Positions 1 through 12,247 of a stretch of DNA of 64,000 bases are shown here, in pieces. The stretch is from Eledone cirrhosa. Taxonomy: Eukaryota. The translations under genes and the position numbers were made by a program. The stretch is from the NCBI GenBank assembly GCA_964016885.1, contig OZ024743.1:197284001-197348000 (forward strand), written 5' to 3'. Every line of letters starts with the position of its first letter. The first letter of the stretch is position 1. Below the pieces are notes generated by a model. The model was not told the DNA's origin. It did not search any database and saw only the letters and a list, made by a program, of their open reading frames with translations.

Positions 1-23
1 TCCACTTTATCGTTTTACTGGAA

Positions 24-724
24 TCAAACCCAACAACCACCACCACCATCACTACTGCCACCGCCACCATCACTACTGCCACCACTACCATCACTACTGC
101 CACCACCACCATCACTACTGCCACCGCTACCATCACTACTGCCACCGCCATCACCACCATCACTACCACCGCCACCACCACCACCACCATCACCACCACC
201 ACTACCGCCACCATCACCACCACCACCACCACCACCACCACCATCACTACTGCCACCACCACCATCACTACTGCCACCACCACCATCACTACAGCCACCA
301 CCACCATCACTACTGCCACCACCACCATCACTACAGCCACCACCACCATCACTACCGCCATTGCTGCCACCACCACCATCACTACCGCTGCCACCACCAC
401 TATCACTACCACTGCCACCACCACCACTATCACCGCCACCACCACCACCACTATCACCGCCACCGCCACCACCACCAATACCACTACTGCCACCACCACC
501 ATCACTACCGCCACCACCACCATCACTACTGCCACCACCACCATCACTACCGCCACCACCACCACCATCACCACCGCCACCACCACCATCACTACCGCCA
601 CCACCACCACCACCACCACTATCACTGCCACCGCCACCACCACCATCACTACTGCCACCACCACCATCACTACTGCCACCACCACCACCATCACTACCGC
701 CACCGCCATCACCACCATCACTAC
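24..724. repeat. GC-rich low-complexity (CAC)n / CCATCACTACTG-type tandem repeat
   Basis: Continuous CAC triplets interleaved with CATCACTACTGC units; produces the Gly-rich and Pro-rich pseudo-ORFs. Confidence 0.9.
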
Positions 725-1118
725 ACACATATATATATATATACATACACACATATATATATGAATGCACATGCACTCAGATGCATGCATACACTTACAC
801 ACACACACATTCAAACTCATATATAAACACACACATAAATAAAGCTCTAAGTCAGAGTCTCAAAGTTGTAGGATTGAATCTGAGAGAATCGGTTTTTATC
901 CATGGTTGTTCACGGGTGGGAACACCTAGAAATCTTCATATACTATGCACAAACGATTAAACGAAGAATCTGGTGTATTTGGAAGTTTTATGATTGTTTT
1001 TTTTATGTATCACACACACCACAGTCTCATACAATAAACCAAACAACACATCCAATACAATTGTTTTCTCTTCTACCCTTCTCTTAACTGTTCACCCAGG
1101 TGATGCCGGGTACCTCAG

Positions 1119-1155
<37 letters not shown>

Positions 1156-1215
1156 AATGTGCGCGTCCTAACACAAATGACAATGAAAACAATATTTGTA
1201 GTAATTGACTTATTA

Positions 1216-1615
1216 TTATGGTAGTGCATTAGTAGTATCGGCAGAGCTCAGGGCAACATAATTTGCCTTCGGATTTCAAATCCCTCAGTAATGCACTGGG
1301 TAATTGCTGGCCTTGTGCCTAAAGTAGAAACAATTATTACAGGGTGGATTGGCAGTATCGATTGAAGCATAGAGTTACGTCCCTTTACGGTCTGAGTTGA
1401 AATCCCGCCGAGGTTAACTTTGCCTTTCATCCTTACGGGGTGGATAAAATAAAGTACCAGTAATACACTGGGTATTTGCTGGCCTTGGGCCAAACGTAGA
1501 AACAACTATTACAGGGTCAATATAAGAGAGTACCAATAATGGAGCAGGGTCGATATGAAAGATTTTACCCTTCCCTTCAAATGACTGGCCTTGTCCTAAG
1601 TAGAAACAATTATTA
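1216..1615 (+). mobile_element. Tandem copies (partial, full, partial) of tRNA-derived SINE family B
   Basis: Contains GATTGGCAGTATCG (A-box-like), GAGTTGAAATCCC (B-box-like), TTTGCCTTTCATCCTTACGGGG..GATAAAATAAAGTACCAG core and GCTGGCCTTGTGCCTAAAGTAGAAACAATTATTA tail, all repeated many times in the window. Confidence 0.85.
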
Positions 1616-1709
1616 TGTCACTGGATGGACACATTCCAAATTTTTAATTTTCCAGTTGTTAACAGTTGTTTATATGTATATCAGTTTGAAACTAGTTAGA
1701 CCATCACAC

Positions 1710-1998
1710 AACAGAGTACTCGATACTTGGTGTAGTAGAGTATGGTTATATTATAAAGAGTCAGGACCCGATCGCTGAGATCTTGCTGTTTCAACAGCAA
1801 GTTCCAGACATATATTATATAGAGTTGGGAGCCGACAGCTGAGCTCTTGCTGTTTCAACAGCTAGTTCCAGACTCAAGAGCTCAGTCATCATGTCCCGAC
1901 TCTTTATGATATATATATATATATATTAGAAAGAGCCGGAGCACCAACTCTTTCTAATATAGTCACACTCTGTTATCCCAAGTATTGAGTACTCTGTT
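1710..1998. mobile_element. Foldback element with CAGAGTACTC(G/A)ATACTTGG terminal inverted repeats
   Basis: 1710-1761 is approximately the reverse complement of 1947-1998; internal direct duplication of GCTGAGCTCTTGCTGTTTCAACAGC; related copies at 18730, 31062 and 46631. Confidence 0.75.
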
Positions 1999-2037
1999 TA
2001 AAACTGGTTTAATCCTTATATATATATATATATATAT

Positions 2038-2434
2038 ATCATCATTTCATCATCATTTCATTTTATGTCCACATTTTCCCTGCTTGCAAGGGTGGGACGG
2101 GAACTGATTCTGGCTTGATTTCTACAGCTGGATGTCCTTCCTAACACCAACCTCATTTACGGTGAGTGCTGGGTGCTTTTTTGCCATGGCACCTCCACGT
2201 CCACTTTACAGTGTGGTCTGGGTGCTTTTTTGCCGTGGCACCTCCATGACCACTTTGCACTGGAATGATAGGGACCCCAGTCCCTATCATCTCATTTCTA
2301 CAGCTGAGTAAACTGGAGCAATGTGAAATAAAGTGTCTTGCTCAAGGAAACAACACATCACCCGGTCTGAGAATTGAACTCACAACCTTTCGATTGCAAG
2401 GCCAATGCTCTAACCAGTAAGCCATGTGCCTCCA
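2038..2434 (-). mobile_element. Composite tRNA-derived SINE family A, full length, 2 internal 48-bp modules
   Basis: Minus strand: tRNA-like head with A box (TGGCTTACTGG) and B box (GAGTTCAATTC), CORE-like CCTTGAGCAAGACACTT segment, GGTGTTAGGAAGG-CATCCAGC motif, RTE-type tail ending in (GAT)n; flanked by (TA)n. Confidence 0.92.
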
Positions 2435-3479
2435 TATATATATATATATATAAACAATTAACTTATTTATATATGTGTGTGTGTATATAAATATATATAG
2501 TGTGAGTATTTTAATATCAAATAATTCCGTGGTTTGATACACAGTGAATATCTTAGTTGCAAAATCAATAAAAATCAAAGGTTATACTTGTATTTATTTT
2601 TTTTTATTTGCCATTAGACTTTGTTGTTGTGTTGTTTTTACACCTCATATTTTTTACATTTCATCAAGGGAATTGGTTTGAAGTTTGTGAGTATAATTGT
2701 CTAATAATTTGTGTGTTTTTGTGTATTGTGATGTGTGCGTGTGTGTACGTGTTTACATGTATTGTAGTTTTTATGTATATATATGTGTGCATGTTTGTGT
2801 GTGTGTGCATATCTGTGTTTGGCATACGTGTATCTGATATGTGTGTGCGTGTGTATGTGCATATGTGTGTGTGTGTTTTTGTGTGTGCACGAGGTTTTGT
2901 TTCACTTTTCAAAAATGTGTTGAATTGTATTTCTCACTTTGGTTGTGTGCATGTGTGTGAGTTTATGAGTGTGTGTGAGTTTAAGTGTGTATGTGTGTGT
3001 GTGGACTGAATGGTGCATTTAAGTGGGTGAGTGTGTAACTTGTCTGTGCATGCTATGTGTGTGCATGTCATGTGCAAGTGTGTGTATTTATGCCTGTATG
3101 TGTATGTACGCAAGTGTGTGAATTTGTGTGTGTGTGTAAGTTTATATCTGTGTGTGTGTGTGTGTGTGTGTATTTATGTCTGTATGTGTTAATGTGCCTG
3201 TATGGGTGTGTGGAATAAGCTGCTTTCTAATTCCTCCAAATATCAATCAGAGTTTTCAAGACATTTGTTAATAGTTCTTTAGATTATTTACAATAATATC
3301 GACAAATACTTTCATAATATGGAATAAATAAATATAGTAATCGAAGAGAGAGGAGGCGTTGAGGGGCAGGGTGAGGAAGAGAAGAGTGAAGCAAAATTGT
3401 TATTTCTTTAATCTACCCAGTGGGACGAGAGAGAGAGAGAATTTGAACTAATTGATGAAGAAAAGGATTGTGAGATAGT

Positions 3480-3609
3480 CAAAGAAACAGAGAACGAGAG
3501 AGGAGCCAGAGAGAAAGATAGAGAGAGAGAAAGAGAAAGATGACTCAAGAAGCAGGGAGTGAGTCAAAGAAAGAGAGAGAATCAAAGAAGCAGAGAAAGA
3601 GTGTGTTTA

Positions 3610-3659
<50 letters not shown>

Positions 3660-3770
3660 TGTGAGAGAGAGTGTGTGTGTGTGTGAGAGAGTGTGTGAGG
3701 GAGAGAGTGTGTGAGAGAGAGAGTGTGTGTGAGAGAGTGTGTGTGATGGGAGGAAGGGAGCGAGAGAGGA
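3480..3770. repeat. (GA)n/(GT)n microsatellite tract
   Basis: Direct reading of dinucleotide runs. Confidence 0.9.
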
Positions 3771-4779
3771 ATTATATAAAATGAGGAGTGGGAATAGGTG
3801 CATTCATAATTGATGTTTAATTCAATGTGATAAGACAAATAGTTGAAGCAGAGAATTAGTATTGCAACTTTAAGAGTATCTTTTCTCAAGAAACGCTTCA
3901 TCAAAAATTTAAGCCAGCCAGCAAATGAGAAGAAAAAACAACAAAAAAATCAGATGAGCAAACAAAAAAATAACAAAAAAATCAGATGAGCAAACAAAAA
4001 AAAAAACATTAAACAAAAAGATCAAACAAAATGAAAAAGAAGACAGATATCAAACCAACTAAAATTAAACTATAATACATTGATATAACAGAATTCTTAG
4101 ATTTATGAATAAATGTGTATATATATATATATATCTATCTCCACACACACACACGTGTGTGTATATATATATGTATATATATGTGGGTATATATATATAT
4201 ACATATACAACCCTAGCCCATTCAACGGACGTTAAATAATAATGATGATGATATATGTATGCATATATGCATATATGTACATACGTACGTAAGTATGTAT
4301 GTATGTATATATATGTACGTATGAATGTGTGGAAAATTGACTGTAAACGATGATGATGTATCTGTGTATATATATATAAATGGATGTATGTATGCATGTA
4401 CATATATAAGTAGGTATGTATATATGTATGTATGTAGATACGCATGTATAAACATACCAAAAAATGCAATGAATATTACTGTCTAATTGCTGTTTTCTTG
4501 AGCAACATATTGCCAGTGGAAGTTTGAAAAATACATCAAGTATCAACTAACACAGCTCAGATGTTAATTTTCAACTTGAAGATGATTCATAAAACACTCA
4601 AGTAGCAAACCTAGTTTCAAGGATTTTTATCATTAATTGACTTCAATTATATTCTTAAACTTCATTTTTCTTCTAAAACAACCAAAACCATTTTGATATA
4701 ACATATATATGATATATATATATCAAATTACAAAATATGAGGAAATAATAGACAAAAATATACCTATTTTTTCTTCAAA

Positions 4780-4875
4780 GTTCTGACTTTAGTTTCGCCG
4801 ATTCGTGTGCAACAATTTCTGCACTATAAAAATGCATCATCGCTGTGGGGTTGATACGGCTTATCAAGAGACCCC
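4780..4875 (-). ncRNA. Hammerhead ribozyme-like motif, U3-A8 core variant with long stem II
   Basis: Minus strand: GGTCTC-TTGATAA-GCCG...(~56 nt)...CGGC-GAA-ACT-AA-AGT-C-AGAAC. Stem II base GCCG/CGGC, GUC triplet; stem I imperfect. Confidence 0.5.
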
Positions 4876-5082
4876 TCAAATATATTTATATCGTTATTTT
4901 GGCGTATGTATAGTTTGTGCCTTCAGTCGGTTATCTTGGTGTCACATTTTATAACTACGGTGTTTAACTCTGGACTTAATGTTTGTTTTTAACTTTTGTT
5001 ACATTGCGTGTTCTGTGATTGCCTCAAAACAAATCAAATTTTACATGCTATACTGCAAGTAAAGTTCGATTTACATATATAT

Positions 5083-5117
<35 letters not shown>

Positions 5118-5159
5118 AGTATGTATACTTACATACATATATATATACAGACGTACAGT

Positions 5160-5810
5160 AGTATGTATATATATACATACATGCACACATATATATATGT
5201 ACATATGGATTTACCGAACATTTATTATAATGCACGGGTTGTTTGTAAACAAACATCCCGAATTAAACCGTACAGTGTGTAGCAACCATCGTTGCCCTTT
5301 TGTTCAACACTGACAAAGGAACGATGTACTGGTTTCAAGCTTATTAGCTATCGTCAGCACCGTATACCTTCCTGCCAGCTGATTGAGCGTCTGAAAGTAT
5401 ATACTTTCCTTAGGCATACTAACGGATGAGCAGCCTAATTTGCATATCGAGTCGGTTAATCGGCCGGGTGCACCGAAAACAATAAATGGAAAAAATGAAA
5501 CAAAATTTCATTTCTCACTCTTAGTACGGCTGTTACTTAAATATAAGTATGTATACATACATACATATATGTATACAGACGTACCGTAGTATGTATATAT
5601 ATACATACTATATACATGCACACATACTATATACATGCACACATATATATATATGTACATATTGTGTTGAACAAAAGAGCAACGATGGTTGCTAAACACT
5701 GTACGGCTTAATTCGGGATGTTTGTTTACAAACAAACCGAGCATTATAATAAATGTTCGGTAAATCCATACGTACATATATATATGTGTGCATGTATGTA
5801 TATATATACA
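5160..5810. repeat. ~150-bp inverted repeat pair (about 5160-5310 / 5663-5810) plus direct duplication (about 5115-5205 / 5540-5660)
   Basis: GGATTTACCGAACATTTATTATAATGC...TTTTGTTCAACAC is mirrored by GTGTTGAACAAAAG...GCATTATAATAAATGTTCGGTAAATCC. Confidence 0.9.
5321..5363 (-). ncRNA. Minimal type I hammerhead ribozyme motif (Penelope/retrozyme type)
   Basis: Minus strand: ACGGTG CTGACGA T-AGCT-AATA-AGCT-T GAA AC-CA-GT A CATCGT. 6-bp stem I, intact CUGANGA/GAAA core, 4-bp stem II, near-palindromic stem III, GUA triplet. Confidence 0.75.
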
Positions 5811-6075
5811 TACCACTGTATATACATACTCTTATAATATCTGTCTGCATTACGACATTTTGATGAACATTAATGACGTATTATGTTCGCTATTATCCGT
5901 TCATTGCCAGGGAATGTCTTCACAAACCAAAGTATCGTCTTCCTGTTTTCCTTCGGTTGCAACGTTTTTTGAAATATTTATTTCTGCGTTCACAGATTGA
6001 TGTTTTTAGTTTCAGAAAATTCCATTAAGGGTGAAAGCAACGATTCTTTGCTTAAACTTTAATCTGTTATTTTAA

Positions 6076-6729
6076 TCTATATATGTATATATATATAAAA
6101 CTGAGGAAGGATGTATGTATGTATGTATGTATGTATGTATGTATGCATGTATGAAACCCGAGAAGTACCCAACCGATTTTTTTCAAACTTTACATGTGTA
6201 TTACTTATGTTTCATGGAATGTTATGCACATTAAAAAAAATTCAACTTTTTGATCCCCTAGGGCCCGCATTAGGTGAAAAACTGCGTTTTTTCAGGTTTT
6301 TAGGGGTTTTTTGAGGCGTTACGTCAGCCCGATTTCCTTGAAATTGTAACTATGTATTAGTCAGTCTCTTCTTCATACCGTGAGCAAAGAAAATCTAACC
6401 TTTTTATGGCCTAGGGCCCGCATTAGGTGAAAAACTTCATTTTTTCAGCTTTTTAGGGCTCTTTTGAGGCGTTACGTCTAGCCGATTTTCCCGAAATTTC
6501 AAGGCATATTATACACAAAAAAAATTCATTTTCTTGATCCCCTAGGGCCTGCATTAGGTGAAAACCTGCATTTTTCCTGCTTCATCGAGGAAAACCTTAG
6601 ATTATCCAGTCATCAGAGTATTCGGTTTATTTTCTTTACATATTTTCCAGGCATGCAGTTTTTCCAGGTCTGTTGGCGGCCCGCATTCCAAAATACCTTA
6701 TCCCGTGCAAAGCCGTGTACCACTACTAG
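6076..6729 (+). mobile_element. Non-autonomous Helitron
   Basis: A|TC 5' end at 6076, TATATATAAAA then (GTAT)n near the 5' end, subterminal imperfect hairpin CCCGTGCAAAGCCGTG (~6702-6717), CTAG|T 3' end at 6729; internal ~130-150-bp repeats carrying CCTAGGGCCCGCATTAGGTGAAAA. Confidence 0.8.
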
Positions 6730-6784
6730 TATATATATATATAAATTAATAGAAACAGAATATATATATATATATATATATAAA

Positions 6785-6925
6785 CCATCACCATTTAATG
6801 TCCATTTTTCCATGCTAGTATGGGTTAGATGAGTTGTCCCATTGTAAGAAAGTTAGATCAGATGACAATGTCTTTCTCATAAAGAATTGTTTCTGGCTTG
6901 ATTTTTACGGGTAACACCAACCACA
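6785..6925 (-). mobile_element. RTE-type LINE/SINE 3' tail
   Basis: CATCACCATTTAATGTCCATTTTTCCATGCTAG..GGGTT and CTGGCTTGATTT motifs are shared with the RTE/SINE-A tails. Confidence 0.7.
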
Positions 6926-7543
6926 TTTACATTGTGAACTGGGTGCTTTTTACCAAGACACCCACATGACCACTTTACGGTGTGGACTAGGCACTTTTTT
7001 TCCAAGACACCTACATGACCACTTTACAGTGTGGATTAGGCACTTTTTACCAAGACACCCACATGACCACTTTACAGTGTGGACTAGGCACTTTTTACCA
7101 AGACACCCACATGACCACTTTACAGTGTGGACTAGGCACTTTTTACCAAGACACCCACATGACCACTTTACAGTGTGGACTAGGCACTTTTTACCAAGAC
7201 ACCCACATGACCACTTTACAGTGTGGACTAGGCACTTTTTATCAAGACACCTATACGACCACTTTATAGTATTGACTGGGCACTTTTTGTCATGGCACCC
7301 ACACAACAACTTTACAGTATTGACTGGGCACTTTTTATCAAGACACCCACACGACCACTTTACAGTGTGGACTGCGCACTTTTTGTTGTGGCACCCATAC
7401 GACCACTTTACAGTATTGACTGGGCACTTTTTGTCATGGCACCCACAGGACCACTTTACAGTATAGACTGGGCACTTTTTGTCATGGCACCCACAGGACC
7501 ACTTTACAGTATTGACTGGGCACTTTTTGTTGTGGTACCCACC
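6925..7543. repeat. 48-bp minisatellite, about 13 units
   Basis: Unit CACTTTACAGTGTGGACTAGGCACTTTTTACCAAGACACCCACATGAC; 16-aa periodicity in the overlapping ORFs. Confidence 0.95.
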
Positions 7544-8544
7544 AACACTAAGAGCAAAAAAAACAAAAAACTATCAAAGCAAATAAGAAGAAAAAAAGAT
7601 ATTTAATAATGAATGAAAGAAGAGAAGAATGTAGAATGAGACTATGATGTAAATACATTAAAAAGATCAGATCTTAACAAGTTAAAATGGAGAATATGAT
7701 TTTAGAAAGCATTATTTATATTATCTGACAATTATATGATATATGTGACATTTTTCTATGATCAAAAGTAATGAGTTTACCAGCTGAAGTTTGACTAATA
7801 GACCAATTCCATCATTATTTCAGCGATCTCTTGCTTCATATTCACAAGAATCATTCCACAGGAAATAATTTCAAACTATTCATTATAATGGTTTCATTAA
7901 CAATTATTAATTTCATTCATTTATTTGTTTCATTTTTTTCTTCAATGGTGGTGGTTGTGGTGGTGGTGGTGCTGCTGCTGCTTGCGGTGGTGATAGTTAT
8001 ATTATGTTCTACTTAATATTTTCCTTATATTTCTTTATTTTAAACACAAAATAAATAAATGAATAATTTCTTGCCACTAACTGGAATCTATTTGTAATTC
8101 TTGTGTATACGTACATATGCATGGTTAAATGCACACATGAATACACACACACACATATATATATACACACACACACATACACACACATGCACATATATAT
8201 ACACACACACGCACATATACATACACCAGCGCACATATATACATACACACACGCACATATATAATCGTCATCATCACCATTTAGAGTCCATTTTTCCATG
8301 CTTGCATATATATATACACACACATAAATATCATGATAATTGGTTAACAATATTTCTGACAGGCATTTTGCTGACATCAACAACCAATCAACAGTTAAAT
8401 TGACACAACTCTTAAGACATAGATCAGTAACAGACAGATGATTAATAACTTTAAAAAATCATAATAACAAAAACAAAAAAAGAAATAAATAGGCAGGCTT
8501 TGAAACTGAGATGTTGTTGTTGCTGTTGGATCTCAGTTGATTTT

Positions 8545-8842
8545 GACAAGTGTTCCAGTTGTTTGAATAATGTAACAGCCTCCCCATAAAATTAACGAGC
8601 CAGTGACCATGCATTCCACACAGACACATGCAACTTGCAAGTAGTTCTGTAGGAGATTCAACATGACACAGTGTGAATGTCAAATCTGTCCTTTTGAATT
8701 TACAAGTACAATCCATCTTTGGCAGCTGAGAGGACTGGAGTAACATGAAATAAAGTGTCTTGCTCAAGGACACAATGTACCAGCCAGGAATCAAACTTGC
8801 TACCTTATGATCATGAACTAAGCACCTTAACCACAAAGCCAC
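8545..8842 (-). mobile_element. tRNA-derived SINE with family-A-like head/core and a different 3' part
   Basis: Minus strand GTGGCTTTGTGGTTAAGG...AGTTTGATTCC...GTGTCCTTGAGCAAGACACTTTATTTCA; tail of (CAA)n. Confidence 0.75.
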
Positions 8843-9059
8843 AAAGTTGAGGAATTGTTACTGGAAACATTTAGTTTGTAACAATATTAGCTGTTAAATC
8901 TGTATTTTCACAGAGGAAGATCCGATCATCAGATTAGACCAAGGAATTTAAGTGAAGGGCAAATTGTAAGATACTTACGAATGAAATGCAATATTGCATG
9001 GTAGTGAATGTAAAGAGTGTAGGAGGACTGGAAATGAATTGATCATGCCGTATTCGATG

Positions 9060-9365
9060 TATGTATAATGTTAATGTGCAAGATAGTGGACAAAAGAGCT
9101 GAGAGAATAACTAGGCATAAGAAGAATTAGATATGGTGTGCAAGAGATAAGACCGTGCTCATATAGATACATAATATGGATGGAGGATGAGAGTGGTAAA
9201 GAAATGCCAAGTAATTCAACTGGAAGACACCTTTGGAAGATGTATACCAAAGAAAACAGAAAAGATATTGAAAGCTGAACTTCATAAAGAAGATGACAAA
9301 AGACCACGATATGTGGCAAGATACTCTGCTTGAGAAGAATCCTGTAACCCTTGCCAACACAAAAA
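9060..9365 (+). pseudogene. Degraded RTE-clade LINE ORF 3' fragment
   Basis: DNA similar to 54370-54680 (GAGCTGAGAGAA.., GGATGAG..GTAAAGAAATGCCAAG, GAAGCTGA, ACCCTTGC); frameshifted. Confidence 0.6.
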
Positions 9366-9384
9366 AATCAGATGCAAAATATTG

Positions 9385-9590
9385 ATTTCTAATTTAGGCA
9401 CAAAGCCAGCAACATTTGGGAGAAGGGTAAAGTTGATAAAATCAACACCAGTACATGACTGATACATTTCTTTTTTTTCCTGGAAGGATGAAAGGCAAAG
9501 CTGACCATGGCAGGATTGAACTCAGAATGTAAAGAGCCAGAATAAATACTACAATAGCATTTTATCAGATACTCTACCAATCCTTCCAAT
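9385..9590 (-). mobile_element. Diverged SINE family B copy
   Basis: TTTCTAATTTAGGCACAAAGCCAGC...GGATGAAAGGCAAAG...GAACTCAGAA. Confidence 0.75.
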
Positions 9591-11582
9591 ACACGCCCTC
9601 AGATATATAATGTTGATGACGATGATGAAGTATTGTAGGTAGGTATATAAATGTTACTAAGCTGGATAGATAGCTAGATAGATAGGATAGATCAATACAA
9701 AGGGAGTGGGGGGAGAAATAAATAGTGTAGGAGATAGAGGGGTATTCATTAAGGTTTCACTTATATACATACACAGAAAAGTTATCTTAATACATGAGGC
9801 CTTTCTAGTTTCATTGATTTGCGAATTTATAGTGTTGTTTGGGCCATATAAATGTTTTATTTTCTGTTTTTAAAGAATATTAACAAGAGGAGGTTGGAGG
9901 TACGAGAGGCGACTAGGGGGTACATGAGGAGGGTGGGTTAGAACTAAAGTTATTTGCCTCAGTATGAAAAATTGAATAAAATCTTATCTCCCCTTATCTC
10001 CCTATTTTCTAGCTTGTCAACTGAGTTATTATTTCCACAATCTATTTTATAGTATTTCAGGCTTGTTTTTTGGTTAATTGTTGTTGCTGAAAGATAATTT
10101 TTTGAATATTCTTGTCTTCCTCTACATCACCCCACTCGTCTTTTGGCCATAGTTACAGATTAGATTATTTGAGGGGGTCTCTGGGACTTAAAATACATTT
10201 GGCATGATGTAAAGAACACCCAACACTAATGCTACTTTATACAAAACAAGATGCCCATAGCTGTTTATGGTGTATATGTATGAGAGAGAGAGAGAGACAT
10301 TTGTATGGCTCTGCTTGCTGCATGGCTCTCAAAACTCTCCAACACATGTGCCATTCCTCTATTTCACTTGCTGCACTGGCTGTATAGTTGAATATACTAG
10401 TTTAGGGTGTTTTTTTTTTTTAACAGGTTAGCCCTATGTTGTCAGCAACTAGAGAGAGACCTAGCTATGTGTGTCTCTTCCTTCTTACATTAGCTGGGTT
10501 AGATGGGTTCACAAAATCAAATTAAATTTCCTCATTATAATCAAATTCTATTAGTCTTTATTATATATATATATATACACACACACACAAACATATAAAT
10601 ATAAATATATACGCACACACACACATTATATATATATATATATTCATGAATTTAGTGAAATTAAAGCATGACACACTTGAGACGTGACATACTTTTGTCT
10701 ACATACATACTAGAGTTTGTGGAATTTTGTAGACTTATAGCTTACATATCTTGTTATTTTCTCTGTTTTTGTTTATTCATAAATATCGATTCTGTTTGTC
10801 AATGGCTGTGAGGTTAAAATACTTGATATCTGACATCATGAGGATGAGTTAAAACCTTTACTATATCTATAGCTATTATATTTCTGATCTTAGACAAGCT
10901 ACACAAATCTAAGGGGGTGAATGAAGAAAATTAATGAATTACTTCATATGTAAATATACTTTAGTTGTTGATGTGATGTCCGAACAGGTATCTTCCACCA
11001 CCAACTAACTTGCTCTCCAACACTGGGTCCTAGCCTACAGGTTGGAGAATACATTGTTCCAGAGGATGGCGAGGGTGACACACTGAAACAACCACTCCAC
11101 CTCGTGGCACTCGCACCTATGGGCGGCCAATTTTGCCCCAATAGCAAGTCAAAGCAGTTAGGACATTTGGATAGAATGGATTCCAACTATCAGTGCTCTG
11201 ATATGAAACCCTGTTGAATTCAACATTGACTTTCATCCTATCAAGGCCAATAAAGTACTGACGTTATAAAGTTATACATATCAGGGCTGCGGAATGGCCA
11301 GCACTTGGGCCCCCATTTTACTTATAATAGTGAGAGAAACAGAGACTGTGAGTGAAAGAGAGAGAATATCATTTATTTACTTATTTATTAGCAGCAAACA
11401 TCATCAACACGACCTAAGATGGGAAATTGAACAAAGTGACAACACACACACACATATATATATAAACACACACAGTATTTCATACATACATGTCAGTTTG
11501 TGTATTTCAATATATATATATATATATATATAAATATACAATGATATTAAATAAATGGAAACTATATTTATAAAACCATATT

Positions 11583-11645
11583 TATTTTATTATATATATT
11601 TCATGGGTACCAAGACACATTGGTACGCTTTCATCAGATAAAATA
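11583..11645 (-). ncRNA. Minimal type I hammerhead ribozyme motif
   Basis: Minus strand: TATTTTAT CTGATGA AAGC-GTACCAA-TGTGTC-TTGGTAC-CCAT GAA ATATATAT A ATAAAATA. Perfect 8-bp stem I, 7-bp stem II, palindromic stem III, AUA triplet. Confidence 0.65.
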
Positions 11646-12187
11646 CAAAGTGTTGAGTGCTCTAAATCAGTTATAAACATTTATATTTGTCGGACTTCCA
11701 ACAAATTAAATACCCCTTCTACTTATATATATAAATATATATATTTTAACATACTTATGTGTGTGCATGAATATATGCATATATATATATATATTTACAC
11801 AAACACACATGCATATATATTCATACATATATTATATATTCACACAAATATATGAATGTTGTTTGAGCATGTATGTATGTATCTGGGATTCTGAGTATAG
11901 GCATTCAGCATTTTTTCTCTGTGTGTATGTGATTATATATATGTACATGAGTGTGTGTATGTATATTAAATGATATGACCGCCTGATTTTGACAAGTAAT
12001 AAAATTTAAAATGAAATTATAGCTTAAAAATTTTGAAGAAAACATAAAAATACTAAGTTAAACAGGATGATAATTTTAGAATATATCTGTAGGCTTTAAC
12101 TACTATGTGGGGAAGGTGGACAAGAAATTATAAATATACAGAGAAAAAATAAAAGAGAATGATAATGAAAAAGTCATACGCACACAC

Positions 12188-12247
<60 letters not shown>

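Noticed and set aside
24-960. 250-aa Gly-rich and 199-aa Pro-rich ORFs
   Set aside because: Products of a (CAC)n-type repeat; they begin or end in microsatellite, with no splice or domain evidence.
2360-2434. tRNA gene-like sequence
   Set aside because: It is the SINE head: no acceptor stem closure, and it is attached to the SINE body in all copies.
5378-5409. Plus-strand CTGATTGA...GAAAGTATATACTTTC hammerhead-like string
   Set aside because: Core has an extra base, and stems I and II do not pair; only a 16-bp palindrome.
6555-6625. Minus-strand CTGATGA...GAAA in the Helitron
   Set aside because: No stem I complementarity.
6925-7543. CRISPR-like array or 166-aa repeat protein
   Set aside because: No unique spacers, eukaryotic context; it is a tandem minisatellite, and the ORF is a by-product of the 48-bp period.
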